In this document: piece by piece, positions 43,452-53,484 of the stretch
Layout of the letters: each line of letters starts with the position of its first letter
Numbering within the stretch: the stretch's first letter is position 1
NCBI GenBank assembly: GCA_903884815.1
Contig: CAISGE010000021.1
Coordinates: 64,448 to 128,447 of the forward strand
Origin: Candidatus Omnitrophota bacterium
GTDB taxonomy: Bacteria > Omnitrophota > Omnitrophia > Omnitrophales > Aquincolibacteriaceae
Reading direction: 5' to 3'
DNA: 64,000 nucleotides
Notes under the pieces: model-generated
What the model was told of the DNA's origin: nothing
Databases searched by the model: none
The model's input: only the letters and a program-made list of their open reading frames with translations
Made by a program: the position numbers and the translations under genes

Positions 43452-44648
43452 CTACTCCTGGAGCCCGGGGGGATTCTTCTGCCAGTCGTAGCCTTTTTCC
43501 GCCATGGCATAGCCGCGGTCGAAGAGTGTATTCATGTAGGCCCGGTCAAATTCATCCGGGTGGGGCGCGTTAAAATCTTTCGGGATGTACGCGAGATTGT
43601 AATCAATCCCATCCCGTTGCGTCAGCACATAGATCGAATAAAGATCGCCCCGCCCCTGAGCCTGGATCAGGGAAGACACCGCGCGCCCCATCACTTTCAA
43701 CGTCCGGCGCTCCACTTGGGCCCAGTCCGCGTCGATGCGGCTGTTGCGGATAATGTAAAGGAAGCGCTTGCGACCCGTCGTCCCTGCCGTTTTTTGTAAT
43801 TCCCGGACATTGATTCCCGGAGGATAAACGAAAACCTGGGCGGTCGCCCCGCCGTCCACGTGCATCTCCTGATACTTCCGCCCATTCGCCTCAACATCAA
43901 TCATCATGGGAGGGAACGCTCCCGGAATCGCGGCCGACGCCACCATAATCTTGCGGAAAAGATTGAGCGCTTTGGGATCACGGCTCGCCGCGATCTTGGT
44001 CATATTCCAGATCACCCCTTGCCGAGCGTCCAGATCCGTCGTCCCCACGAGAAGTAGCCGGCCTTTTTTATATTCCGCCGCAATGTCTTCGAGCATTTTT
44101 GCGTTCATATAGCGTCCCACCAGACCCCAAAGAGGCTTGTTATCAGCCATGGCATCGTTATTAACCGCCGCCATAAGGCCCCGCATCTTCAGAATATCCT
44201 TGGTGCTGATCTTGGTATAGACCGACCTCAGCTGATCGTCATATTTTGGGCCAAGAAAAGCGAACGGCGCGATCAAAGCCCCCGTGCTGACACCCGTCAC
44301 GATATCGAATTCCGGACGGTCCCCCTTCTTCGTCCATCCGATCAAAAGCCCAGCGCCAAACGCGCCATCGTCCCCGCCGCCCGAGACCGCGAGTAAATGG
44401 GCCGGAGGAAGCTCCTCCGACAGACCCTGTTCTTTCCGGATGGCTCTCTGACGATTGATCATGTCAAGAGCTTCGACCGACATATCGTTCATGTTAGCAG
44501 CTCGGTATCGAATCCCCGGCATCCCCGGAATTTGAGCTTGCGCGATCAAAGGCGCAGGAACGCCCTCGCCACGCTTCAAGGAAGCGCAGCCCGAACTCAA
44601 GCCCGAAACAGTCACGGCCATTAAAAATACCAGAAAGATCTTTTTCAT
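43452..44648 (-). CDS. patatin-like phospholipase, lipoprotein
   Basis: Lipobox SSGC, oxyanion-hole SGGGDDGAFGAG, nucleophile GVSTGA and a catalytic Asp region (HVDGG). Confidence 0.8.
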   Translation of the reverse strand: MKKIFLVFLMAVTVSGLSSGCASLKRGEGVPAPLIAQAQIPGMPGIRYRAANMNDMSVEALDMINRQRAIRKEQGLSEELPPAHLLAVSGGGDDGAFGAGLLIGWTKKGDRPEFDIVTGVSTGALIAPFAFLGPKYDDQLRSVYTKISTKDILKMRGLMAAVNNDAMADNKPLWGLVGRYMNAKMLEDIAAEYKKGRLLLVGTTDLDARQGVIWNMTKIAASRDPKALNLFRKIMVASAAIPGAFPPMMIDVEANGRKYQEMHVDGGATAQVFVYPPGINVRELQKTAGTTGRKRFLYIIRNSRIDADWAQVERRTLKVMGRAVSSLIQAQGRGDLYSIYVLTQRDGIDYNLAYIPKDFNAPHPDEFDRAYMNTLFDRGYAMAEKGYDWQKNPPGLQE

Positions 44649-44716
44649 CAGTTTCCCTTTCAGTTGAATGCTTGAATGCTTTTTTGATTTCGAATCAGGA
44701 ATCCCGGGTCACACTT

Positions 44717-47506
44717 TTATTTCTTCTTCGTACTGGCCACGCGTTTCTTGGGAACAACGATAGGCTCCTTCTTATCCTCCGGCGCCAAGGGGGCGCGAGC
44801 GAATGCTGCCATCTTGCCGGCCTGCAGTATTTTCTCCGCGCTCATCGATCTGAACGTCTCAATAAGAGGCGCCACCAAACCGGTCCAGCCCGTTTGATGG
44901 GAAGCTCCGATCCCCGCGCCAGTATCCCCATGGAAATACTCGTAGAACAGAACATAGTCCTTCCAGTAGGGATCCGTTTGGCATTTTTCTCTGACTCCGT
45001 TCGTGGGACGCCACCCCTTTTTGTCACGTGTAAAAATACGGGTAAGCCGGTCCGAGATATCCTTCGCAACCTCGTAAAGATTCATCATCTTGCCGGAGCC
45101 GGTCGGACACTCGATCTTGAAATTGTCCCCGTAGTACATATAGTACTGCGTGAGCGCCCGGATGATCATGACATTCACCGGCATCCAGATCGGTCCCCGC
45201 CAGTTCGAGTTGCCGCCGAACATCCCGGAATCCGAATCGCCCGGCACATAGCCCACGCGATGCTCATCCCGTCCGACACGAAAAACATACGGGTTCTTTT
45301 CGTGGAATTTTGAAAGCGCCCGGATCCCGTAATCGCTTAAGAATTCCTTCTCATCGAGCATCTTGGTAAGGATGCGCCGCAAGCGTTGTTCATTGACCAG
45401 CGCCAGGATACCCCGATCCTCAACCCCACGATAACCGGGACCGGTTCTATGGATCCCTTCGAGAAGTTCCGGCATTTTTTTAGCCCGATCGAGAAGCCGT
45501 TCCATAGCAGTATGACATTGTTCGCGCTGCCATGGCTCGATCACGGTGGTCGCGCAGATCGGGAGCAGACCGACCATCGAGCGAACCTTGAGTCTGGTCG
45601 AGCGCCCGTCGGGAAGCAAAAGCCGGTCATAGTAAAAACCATCCTCCTCATCCCACATCCCTTCCTCGCCTACCCGGTTCATCGAATTGGCGATCCATAC
45701 GAAGTGCTCAAAAAATTTGACTACCAATTCCTCATAGTTCTTATCTTTTCCGGCCATTTCAATGCTGAGCTCCGCCATATTCTGGCAATAAAGCGCCATC
45801 CAGGCCGTTCCATCGGCCTGTTCCAGATGGCCGCCCGTGGGAAGCTCTTTGCTCCGGTCGAACACCCCGATGTTGTCGAGCCCGAGAAAACCGCCTTCGA
45901 ACACATTCTTGCCCGACCGGTCCTTCCGGTTCACCCACCACGTAAAATTCATGAGAAGCTTGTGATAAACGCGCTTCAGGAAATCAAAGTCCTCCTTACC
46001 CTCCGCCTTCAAGGCCTGATGCAGTGCAAGCGTGGACCAGGCATGCACCGGAGGGTTTACGTCGCTGAAGTTCCATTCGTAGGCCGAAAGCTGGCCGCTC
46101 GGATGAAGAAAAATGTCTTGAAGCAGAAGATCCAGCTGTTCCTTGGCAAAATCAGAATCGACGAGCAAAAGTGCGCGGCAGTGAAAAGCCAGGTCCCATG
46201 CCGCGTACCAGGGATACTCCCACTTGTCCGGCATTGAGATCACATGATCGCTCATCAGGTGGAACCATTCCTTATTGCGACATCCCTTGCTCTTGGACTC
46301 AAAAGGATCCGCGTTGTGCTCTTTCAGCCATTTATCAACGTCGTAATAAAAATACTGCTTGCTCCAGAGCATGCCGGCCAGTGCTTGCCGCATGACATTC
46401 GCCTCGTCTTTGCTGGCAGGGGCAGGCGTCAGCGCCTTGTAAAATTCATCCGCCTCCCGGAGCCTTGCAACAAACACTTCTTCGTACTCAGCTCCAAAAG
46501 TGTTTTTCTCCATAAAAATAGCTTTTTGTTTAAGCCTCAAGCGGATCACGGCGGTCTTGCCGGCTGGCACATTCACCTGATAATGCGGCGAAGCTTTGGT
46601 TCCCGTCATTTTAGGATTCACGGCGTTCTTTTTCCCGTGAACGATATAGTCATTGATCCCGTCTTTGACGTAGGAACTCTCGTTCGGGAATTGGGGAAAG
46701 AGCCGGGCATTATTCGTTTCGTTATCGGTAAAGAGAAGCGGCACGTCGCCTTCACAGTAAAGGGTATACTCCCCGAGCTTCGAATTTGACGCCTCGATCA
46801 CACTCGCGCCCTTCAACCCCTTGGCCTGCTTGAGCATGGGTTTTGCGGAAGGCTTCACGGTCCAGGAGGCCCAGTTGTTACGGTACCAAAGTGTCGGCAG
46901 GACATCGAGTTTCGCGGCTTCAGGACCGCGGTTCGCGATCGTGATCTTGATCAGGATATCTTCCGGAGAACCCTTGGCATACTCCACAAAGACATCGAAA
47001 TAGCGGTCATCATTGAAAACACCGGTATCGAGCAATTCGTATTCCGGTTCGGTGCGTGACCGGTTCCGGTTTGTGTTTACAAGATCGCCGTAAGGGTACG
47101 CCCGCTGCGGGTACTTGTAGAGATATTTCATGTAAGAATGAGTCGGCGTGGAATCGAGGTAAAAATAGTACTCTTTGACGTCTTCGCCGTGATTGCCTTC
47201 ACTGCCCGTCAGGCCGAAGAGTCGTTCCTTGATGATCGAGTCTCTGCCGTTCCAAAGGGCCAGCCCAAAACATAGCCGCGATTTGTCATCGGAAAATCCC
47301 GCGATACCGTCTTCCCCCCAGCGATAGGCGCGCGCACGGGCATGGTCGTGCGGGAAATAGTTCCAGGCATCGCCATTGTCACTATAGTCTTCGCGGACCG
47401 TTCCCCACTGCCGTTCGCTCAGGTAAGGCCCCCACTTTTTCCAGGGGATACTTTTTTCGCGGGCTTCTGTCAGCCGCATTGATTCAGCAGTATTCTGTGT
47501 CGTCAC
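44717..47506 (-). CDS. glycoside hydrolase family 63-like (MGH1/mannosyl-oligosaccharide glucosidase-like) protein
   Basis: 929 aa with a conserved N-terminal (WKKWGPYLSERQWGTVREDYS) and a C-terminal (alpha/alpha)6-barrel region typical of the GH63/GH37 clan. GTG start at 47506 with AGGA upstream. Confidence 0.75.
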   Translation of the reverse strand: MTTQNTAESMRLTEAREKSIPWKKWGPYLSERQWGTVREDYSDNGDAWNYFPHDHARARAYRWGEDGIAGFSDDKSRLCFGLALWNGRDSIIKERLFGLTGSEGNHGEDVKEYYFYLDSTPTHSYMKYLYKYPQRAYPYGDLVNTNRNRSRTEPEYELLDTGVFNDDRYFDVFVEYAKGSPEDILIKITIANRGPEAAKLDVLPTLWYRNNWASWTVKPSAKPMLKQAKGLKGASVIEASNSKLGEYTLYCEGDVPLLFTDNETNNARLFPQFPNESSYVKDGINDYIVHGKKNAVNPKMTGTKASPHYQVNVPAGKTAVIRLRLKQKAIFMEKNTFGAEYEEVFVARLREADEFYKALTPAPASKDEANVMRQALAGMLWSKQYFYYDVDKWLKEHNADPFESKSKGCRNKEWFHLMSDHVISMPDKWEYPWYAAWDLAFHCRALLLVDSDFAKEQLDLLLQDIFLHPSGQLSAYEWNFSDVNPPVHAWSTLALHQALKAEGKEDFDFLKRVYHKLLMNFTWWVNRKDRSGKNVFEGGFLGLDNIGVFDRSKELPTGGHLEQADGTAWMALYCQNMAELSIEMAGKDKNYEELVVKFFEHFVWIANSMNRVGEEGMWDEEDGFYYDRLLLPDGRSTRLKVRSMVGLLPICATTVIEPWQREQCHTAMERLLDRAKKMPELLEGIHRTGPGYRGVEDRGILALVNEQRLRRILTKMLDEKEFLSDYGIRALSKFHEKNPYVFRVGRDEHRVGYVPGDSDSGMFGGNSNWRGPIWMPVNVMIIRALTQYYMYYGDNFKIECPTGSGKMMNLYEVAKDISDRLTRIFTRDKKGWRPTNGVREKCQTDPYWKDYVLFYEYFHGDTGAGIGASHQTGWTGLVAPLIETFRSMSAEKILQAGKMAAFARAPLAPEDKKEPIVVPKKRVASTKKK

Positions 47507-47685
47507 GAAAGGAGTCCTTTTATGTTAAAAAATTCATGAAGGCAGGTATTCTATTCCATGTTGCAGGAAATGGGCACGGATTTTTCTTATTCAAAAAAAT
47601 GAATGAATCGCTCCCCGCCTTACGACTACCCTGCAGGCTGATCCGTTTTAGAGCGCCCCGACAAAACCCGTTTTTTCTCCGTCTT

Positions 47686-47711
47686 GTAGGTCAGGTTTAA
47701 ACCTGACCTAC
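47686..47711. promoter_or_regulatory. 26-bp perfect palindrome GTAGGTCAGGTTTAAACCTGACCTAC (candidate operator)
   Basis: A perfect dyad centred on TTTAAA, about 180 nt upstream of the GH63 start and 19 nt downstream of the outer-membrane-protein stop. No T-tract follows on either strand. Confidence 0.4.
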
Positions 47712-47729
47712 GGGTCATGTTAGATACTC

Positions 47730-48563
47730 TTAGAAAAAATACCCGACGCGGGCTTCGAGCTCCCAATCATAGGGCCGGTATTGTTTAACCAGGGCCTGAT
47801 TCCACTCCAAACTGACGATCAGCTTCTTGCCGAACTTTTTTCCAACCGTGAGATTGAACGGAACGAACCACTTGGCATTATCTTGCCAATTGATCTTGAT
47901 CTCGGGAGAAAGATCCGCGTAGAACTGCCGCGGCAGGGTAAAACTCGCACCGGGATTCAGAACGGACCTGTGAATATCCGTTCGCCCGGCATCCCCCCCA
48001 ACACTAAACTCTTCACGCCAGATAAACTTTACAAATGAGCCTTCGGCCAGACATGAAGGCGCATAAACAGCACCCACCATCGGCGCAAGCTGGTATTTCC
48101 CGGACCCGAACTGCTGCTCCGTCGCGCTCGGCCATATGGCTCTCAACCCAGTGCCGTACCGGAAACGATTGGCCTCAGGCGATGCGACGATCACCTGGGT
48201 CAATGTATCTCCAAGACCCAATCCCCAACGGCCTTCACGATTATCAGGACCTTGAGTGTCATTTGAGATCATCGGGAGATCCACGCGCGTCGCGATATTC
48301 CATCCGTTCCTCAGGAGTAGCGGATAATCCACCCGGTAAGTATTCACCAAGGCATCCGACCCGTCACCTTTGTCCTGATACTTCAGCCGCACGTCAAAGC
48401 GGGCTAGAGGTCTTGTAAAATCTTCCCCAAAATTGATGACGGAGGCTAAAGGCCGCGGCATTTTGGAAAGAACTTCAGGAGCCGCAAATGAGGTGGATAT
48501 TGCCGAGGCTAGAAAGACTATCCCATAAGAAAAAACAAGCCTTACAAGAAACCTGAACGACAT
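47730..48563 (-). CDS. putative outer-membrane beta-barrel protein
   Basis: Signal peptide from the ATG at 48563 (MSFRFLVRLVFSYGIVFLASAISTSFA). It ends in ..ARVGYFF, a typical OMP C-terminal Phe. The ORF track extends to 48650. Confidence 0.55.
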   Translation of the reverse strand: MSFRFLVRLVFSYGIVFLASAISTSFAAPEVLSKMPRPLASVINFGEDFTRPLARFDVRLKYQDKGDGSDALVNTYRVDYPLLLRNGWNIATRVDLPMISNDTQGPDNREGRWGLGLGDTLTQVIVASPEANRFRYGTGLRAIWPSATEQQFGSGKYQLAPMVGAVYAPSCLAEGSFVKFIWREEFSVGGDAGRTDIHRSVLNPGASFTLPRQFYADLSPEIKINWQDNAKWFVPFNLTVGKKFGKKLIVSLEWNQALVKQYRPYDWELEARVGYFF

Positions 48564-48656
48564 AAACGATTCCAAGGCTAGACGCTCCCGCTTTCTTTCC
48601 TCGTGCCGGAGATCAGAAAAAAAACTTCTTTTTTGTCTGAGAAAAAACATAGGCGG

Positions 48657-48998
48657 TTAGCGCCCCTCGACAACTTCAGCGGATTTCTCGACGCAACCAA
48701 CGCAAGAAAGCTTTCTGAGCGCTTTTACCTCGAGACATTTCAGAGAGCCGGCCGCAGAAAGGAGCATCTCCATCCCTTCCGTGGAACGATCGGGGAAATG
48801 CTGCTCCAGGATACATTTCGCCGCGTAAAAAGCGCCACAATATCCTTCCGGGGCTCTTCCTCCACCGCAAGCCGGAAGGGTCGACGCTGTTTTTCCATCG
48901 AGCGGAAATTTATCACGAAAGGGTTCCGCAACCGATTGCGCGCAATTAAGCCTCGTGCCCTTTTTCCCTAAAAAATAAGCCTTCGCTGTTTCTTTCAT
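48657..48998 (-). CDS. C-GCAxxG-C-C family-like small Cys-rich protein (putative redox protein)
   Basis: 113 aa carrying NCAQSV .. CGGGRAPEGYCGAFYAAKC .. CVGC. It sits immediately downstream of 48999-50378. Confidence 0.5.
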   Translation of the reverse strand: MKETAKAYFLGKKGTRLNCAQSVAEPFRDKFPLDGKTASTLPACGGGRAPEGYCGAFYAAKCILEQHFPDRSTEGMEMLLSAAGSLKCLEVKALRKLSCVGCVEKSAEVVEGR

Positions 48999-50378
48999 TT
49001 AGCGCCGTCCTCCGCCGCCACCGCGACCGCCACCTCCGCCCCCACCACGGCTACCACCGCCGCCTCCGCCGCGACTACCGCCGCCCCCACCCCTCGATCC
49101 ACCGCCTCCCCCGCGCGAGCCACCGCCAAAGCTGCCGGAGCCGCCGCGGCTACTGGCACCCGACCAGGAGCCAGAATGGAACTGCGAAGCCTGGCTGATT
49201 TGCTGATTGCGTGATGGCGCCTGAAAACTGACATTGCTTCGCGCGCTTGAAAAATCACGAGCTCCGCCGGCGCTTGAGATCATATCACGCTGCCCGGAAA
49301 GACCGCTTCCCGGAAGACCGTTATTGACTTGAGGCCCATTCCCCGGAAGCTTGTTGTTAACCCCTCCCTGCTGCAGGCGGTCGCCCTTTTGATCCGCCCC
49401 GGGATTATCCCGCTTGTCTTGAAGATTTTGCTTGGGCGTGGGCTGATTCTCTTTCCACTTATCCTTTTTGTCTTGCCGATCCTGTTTCGCTTGATCCCGG
49501 CCCGCTTGGATCTCATCGATATTATTATTCAGATCGTTCATCGCATTCGTGTTGTTATTGACGGCATTTTGCCAATCCTCATGATGCTCATCGTAATAAT
49601 GCCAATAATAATCATTCCGGTGAGCGTAATAATTATTCGCCATGCACGCAAACAGCATGGTATACATCATCTGGTTGGCCAGCATGTACGAGGTCACGTC
49701 CTGAGAAGGCATCTGCTGGATGATCACCGTATTCTTCTCATTCACATAGTAGCCATAGGGGGTCGGTGCTTGCGCCGCCTGTTCCGCCGTCATAGGCTTG
49801 TTGGGCGAAGGCAAATTATTGGCTTTGGCATAGGCTTCTGAGGCCGCTTGAAGCTCCTGAACCGCCTTAGGATCCTGCTGCAATTTCTCGGTCCAAGCGT
49901 TCACGACCTCCGTATTCCCTGCTTTGACCGAATCACTCAACCTCTTGATCACCGCGAAGGTTTCCTCTTTCTTGTCCCGGACCATCTCGCCCAAAAGCGC
50001 GGTGACCACGATATTATCGCTCATGATGCCGATCACGTCCGGGTAGGCCTTGAGATCCTCGATCGCGTCCCTGACCTCCGCGGGTTGTTCTTTCAAAAGT
50101 TTGTCGAACTCCTTCTCGTCGAGCACTTTCTTGTTGTCGAGGAGGGCGATCAGATCCGGATATTGCGAAAGCACGAGCACCGCATTACGGATGTCATCCG
50201 GATACAGCAGAATACCCTGAAAGGAGCCTTTCGCCTCTTTGCGCAGTTCGCCGAATTTCTCCGCCGAAGCCTGATTCAGATAGAACTGCTCCGGACTCAA
50301 TTGTGCAGGTTCCGCGGCAAATGAAACCGGCCCCCACAGCAGGCACAAGATCGCCAGAAGACAGATCGATTTTTTCAT
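48999..50378 (-). CDS. secreted protein with Tyr/His/Asn-rich segment and C-terminal Gly/Arg-rich (SRGGGGG) repeat tail; DUF3300-like
   Basis: Signal peptide MKKSICLLAILCLLWGPVSFA, a conserved N-terminal half, an aromatic/His-rich stretch, and 60 C-terminal residues of (G)nSR(G)n repeats. Confidence 0.6.
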   Translation of the reverse strand: MKKSICLLAILCLLWGPVSFAAEPAQLSPEQFYLNQASAEKFGELRKEAKGSFQGILLYPDDIRNAVLVLSQYPDLIALLDNKKVLDEKEFDKLLKEQPAEVRDAIEDLKAYPDVIGIMSDNIVVTALLGEMVRDKKEETFAVIKRLSDSVKAGNTEVVNAWTEKLQQDPKAVQELQAASEAYAKANNLPSPNKPMTAEQAAQAPTPYGYYVNEKNTVIIQQMPSQDVTSYMLANQMMYTMLFACMANNYYAHRNDYYWHYYDEHHEDWQNAVNNNTNAMNDLNNNIDEIQAGRDQAKQDRQDKKDKWKENQPTPKQNLQDKRDNPGADQKGDRLQQGGVNNKLPGNGPQVNNGLPGSGLSGQRDMISSAGGARDFSSARSNVSFQAPSRNQQISQASQFHSGSWSGASSRGGSGSFGGGSRGGGGGSRGGGGGSRGGGGGGSRGGGGGGGRGGGGGRR

Positions 50379-50392
50379 TTCAAGGCTCCTTT

Positions 50393-51244
50393 TTATTTTT
50401 GGGTGGCAGCAGAAACGTTTGCATGGGCGGCTGCGAGGGCGCTTTTCAGCAATGGATCCGCCGTGCCCTTGTTTAAGCTCTTTTGCAGCGCAATCAATGG
50501 CGCCTGGTTTGTTTTGATCAGTCCCCTCCTCGGGCTATCGAGGTCCGCGATGAGCACAATCACTGCCGAGGAAGTCAGTGCGATCACAAGCGTCCCAAGG
50601 ATACTTCGCGTCCCGTCGATCCCGAATTGGTACCCCACCGCGAGCATGGAAAAGAACATCACGAAAAGAAGGGCGATCCAAATGATCTCCGGAATGCGAA
50701 AGGATGTCGCGAGCATCAAACGCTCCGAGTGAAGATCGATCACTTCATTGAGCGCCGACACAAAAAGCGCTGTGAGAGGAGTGTCGGCGTTTTTATCCGC
50801 CAGAGTAGAAGCCTGGACCCAAAGGGAATCCAGTATTTGCTCTGAGCGGACAATAGACGACTCGAGCTTTTCTGTCTGGGTGGCTTCCAGACGCATGTCG
50901 ACATATTGACGGAAAAAAGCACGGATCTGGCTTCGCCCGGGCTCGGGCAAAAAATCCGCGCGCAAATAAGCCGTACCGATCGCATTCGATTCCTTCAGTG
51001 CCGCCATGCGCCGGGCATCGTATTGAGAAGCCGCCATTTGGAATGTAAAGGCCAGCATGAACGCCAGGAGACCCAGCATCGCGCCGACCATCGTCCCGAC
51101 TGGGGCATCCGTTTCGGACTTCTTGAGACTGCGGCTCCAACGTCCAAATCGCAGGCCCACTTCGATCGCGATAAGAACGATCAACACCGTGACAAAAAAA
51201 AGCGCCAAGAATGAAGTGTGGAAGAAAGATTCACTAAAGTTCAT
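50393..51244 (-). CDS. DUF4239-like membrane protein
   Basis: 283 aa with several TM helices. It overlaps the upstream MscS gene by 4 nt. Confidence 0.55.
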   Translation of the reverse strand: MNFSESFFHTSFLALFFVTVLIVLIAIEVGLRFGRWSRSLKKSETDAPVGTMVGAMLGLLAFMLAFTFQMAASQYDARRMAALKESNAIGTAYLRADFLPEPGRSQIRAFFRQYVDMRLEATQTEKLESSIVRSEQILDSLWVQASTLADKNADTPLTALFVSALNEVIDLHSERLMLATSFRIPEIIWIALLFVMFFSMLAVGYQFGIDGTRSILGTLVIALTSSAVIVLIADLDSPRRGLIKTNQAPLIALQKSLNKGTADPLLKSALAAAHANVSAATQK

Positions 51245-53427
51245 TTATTGTTTCCTTTCAGGTCAAAATCGGACGACTTAAGGTGTATGTCTTGCTGAGG
51301 AAACGGTATGGAGATCCCTTTGTCCTTGAACCGCGAATGGATCGCGAAATTGATCTTGCTTTTGACGTCCATGCGATCCGCCACATCCACCCAGTAGAGA
51401 AGCCTGAACACAAGGGCGCTTTCCGCAAACTCCTCGAAAACGACGACGGCCTCCGGTTCAGGCAGTATCCCAGGAATAGCCTCAGCAATTTCAAGTAACG
51501 TTTCTTTGACGAGCGCCACATCGGAACCATAATCCACCCCCACGCGGGACTCGATGCGGACCGTCCTGTCGGAATGGCTCCAGTTCACAACGCGATTCGA
51601 CAAAAATTCAGAATTCGGCACCACGATCGCGATATTATCGAACGTGTTCACGATGGTGCTTCGAGTCCGGATGGATTTCACGATCCCGGGAACCCCCCCG
51701 ACTTCCACGACATCCCCCATCCGGATCGGCCGCTCAAAAAAGATCACGAACCCGCTAAAAACATTCTTCACGATATCCTGGAGGCCAAACCCGATCCCGA
51801 CCCCCAGGGCTCCGGAAAAGACCGTCAGGACGCTCAGATCGATCCCGAGCAGCTGAATCCCCGCCATCGCCCCGATCACTAAAAAGGAGAACTGGATCAC
51901 CGACTTGATCGCGTATTGACTGTTTTTATCGAGAGAACTCTTCGGATAAACGCGAGCCTTGAGAATGCTGTTCAGGAAACGGGCTCCCACGTAAAAAAGC
52001 CAGAAGACCAGAACAGACCGAGTAATGGCCCAGACAGAAACTTTGATCTTTTCGGATTGAAAGATGGGTTCATTGATGACCCCAAGCAGCCACTGGACGA
52101 CTTCCTGTTGAAGCGCCCAATAACTCAGGATCAGATAAAAAATGCCCCCGAAGATCAGCCACATCAGCACGGTGCGCACCAGCAGAAAAACCGAAGAGGA
52201 TTGTTTGATCTCGGTTTGGGTCATTTTCGAAAGCTTTTGAAGAACGCGCATAAAAAGAGACTGCACGAGTCCCTTGACGGCAATGAACAAGACAAGTCCT
52301 AGGGCGATATTGAGATACACAAGTCCCAGAGCGATGGACGCTGCCCGGTACTCCAACACGTCGAGGATCCCGCAACAAAAGAGAACAAAGAACCCAAAGA
52401 ACCAAAGCGCCCGAGTCCAGAAAAGGATCCCCTCCTGGTTCAGAATTGAAGGAAGGGAACGGTCCAAAGCCACGAGTTGCTTGCGGAAACCATATCCCAT
52501 CGCGAGTAACAAGAGCCCCAACAAGGAAAAAAAGATTTCCCTTCGGCCATAAGGGATCGGTTTTCGGGTCAGCACATTCTCTTTAAAAACATCTCTTCGC
52601 CTTAGCTTGATCAGCTTATCGAATTCCTGAAGCGCGGTGATGCGAAACTCCACGAAGTCCACCTGCTCGCTAAGAAACGCCTTTAAATCCTGGAATACCT
52701 TTAGACGGTCTTCGGCAAGCGCCACGGTCTCCTGGATATGGGCCCGTTCGTCATCGCGAGCGGCCGCCAAAAGGACTTTCTTTGCGGAAAGATACTGTTC
52801 CTCGATCTTGATCCGGGAAGACACGTTTTCGAGCTCATGGGCCAATCGGGCCTTTTCGGCAAAGCGCTGTGATCGCCTCAGCTCCATGTCTTTGATCTGC
52901 CCTGTGATCGTCAAAACAGAGGCATCGTCGGAAAAGATGTTCGTGAGAAAAAACTGGAGCTTTGAATGAGATTCTTTTTGGGTACGGACCTTCTTCTCAA
53001 GAAAAGCCGCTTTTCTTTCGAGGAGATCTTTCTTTCTTTCGAGTAACGCCATCTTGGATTTCAACAAAAGCTCCGGGTCGTAAGACCCATCAACCGCCTT
53101 GGACATATCCGGAGAGGTTCCGGCAAGCGCTTTCTGTTCCGTATCGATCTGCTTCAGGTCCTGGGCGATCTGGCTGGCCTGAACGTGAGCCGTCCCCGCC
53201 TTTCGCTCCGCCAGGATCTTTGCGGAGACCTGATCGAGTATGGCAGATTTGGCTGAGTCCACGCCGGCGTCACTGTTCGTCGAAGCCGGAGCGGCAGAAG
53301 AGCTTTCGTCCTTCCCAACAGCGTCACTCGCGAATAAAGGAAACCCCGAAAGCGTTAAAAGACTGAAGATCAGAAAAACCAACCATCCCCTAGAAACACG
53401 CATTTTGCTCATTGTATTCATGATCAA
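51241..53427 (-). CDS. mechanosensitive ion channel family protein (MscS/MscK-like)
   Basis: Signal peptide, long periplasmic coiled-coil, multiple TM helices and an MscS core (..GFGLQDIVKNVFSGFVIFFERPIRMGDVVEVGGVPGIVKSIRTRSTIV..). Confidence 0.8.
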   Translation of the reverse strand: MIMNTMSKMRVSRGWLVFLIFSLLTLSGFPLFASDAVGKDESSSAAPASTNSDAGVDSAKSAILDQVSAKILAERKAGTAHVQASQIAQDLKQIDTEQKALAGTSPDMSKAVDGSYDPELLLKSKMALLERKKDLLERKAAFLEKKVRTQKESHSKLQFFLTNIFSDDASVLTITGQIKDMELRRSQRFAEKARLAHELENVSSRIKIEEQYLSAKKVLLAAARDDERAHIQETVALAEDRLKVFQDLKAFLSEQVDFVEFRITALQEFDKLIKLRRRDVFKENVLTRKPIPYGRREIFFSLLGLLLLAMGYGFRKQLVALDRSLPSILNQEGILFWTRALWFFGFFVLFCCGILDVLEYRAASIALGLVYLNIALGLVLFIAVKGLVQSLFMRVLQKLSKMTQTEIKQSSSVFLLVRTVLMWLIFGGIFYLILSYWALQQEVVQWLLGVINEPIFQSEKIKVSVWAITRSVLVFWLFYVGARFLNSILKARVYPKSSLDKNSQYAIKSVIQFSFLVIGAMAGIQLLGIDLSVLTVFSGALGVGIGFGLQDIVKNVFSGFVIFFERPIRMGDVVEVGGVPGIVKSIRTRSTIVNTFDNIAIVVPNSEFLSNRVVNWSHSDRTVRIESRVGVDYGSDVALVKETLLEIAEAIPGILPEPEAVVVFEEFAESALVFRLLYWVDVADRMDVKSKINFAIHSRFKDKGISIPFPQQDIHLKSSDFDLKGNNK

Positions 53428-53484
53428 AACCTTATATTTGCACTATTAAAATTAAAAGGGCTGGAGAATATTTCTCCGGAACAA

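Noticed and set aside
48999-49150. Highly repetitive GC-rich DNA (CCGCCGCCACCGCC-type) that superficially resembles a tandem-repeat or CRISPR-like array; also 53940-54180
   Set aside because: The repeats are in-frame codon repeats of Gly/Arg/Ser low-complexity protein regions on the minus strand. There are no spacer-repeat periodicity and no cas genes.
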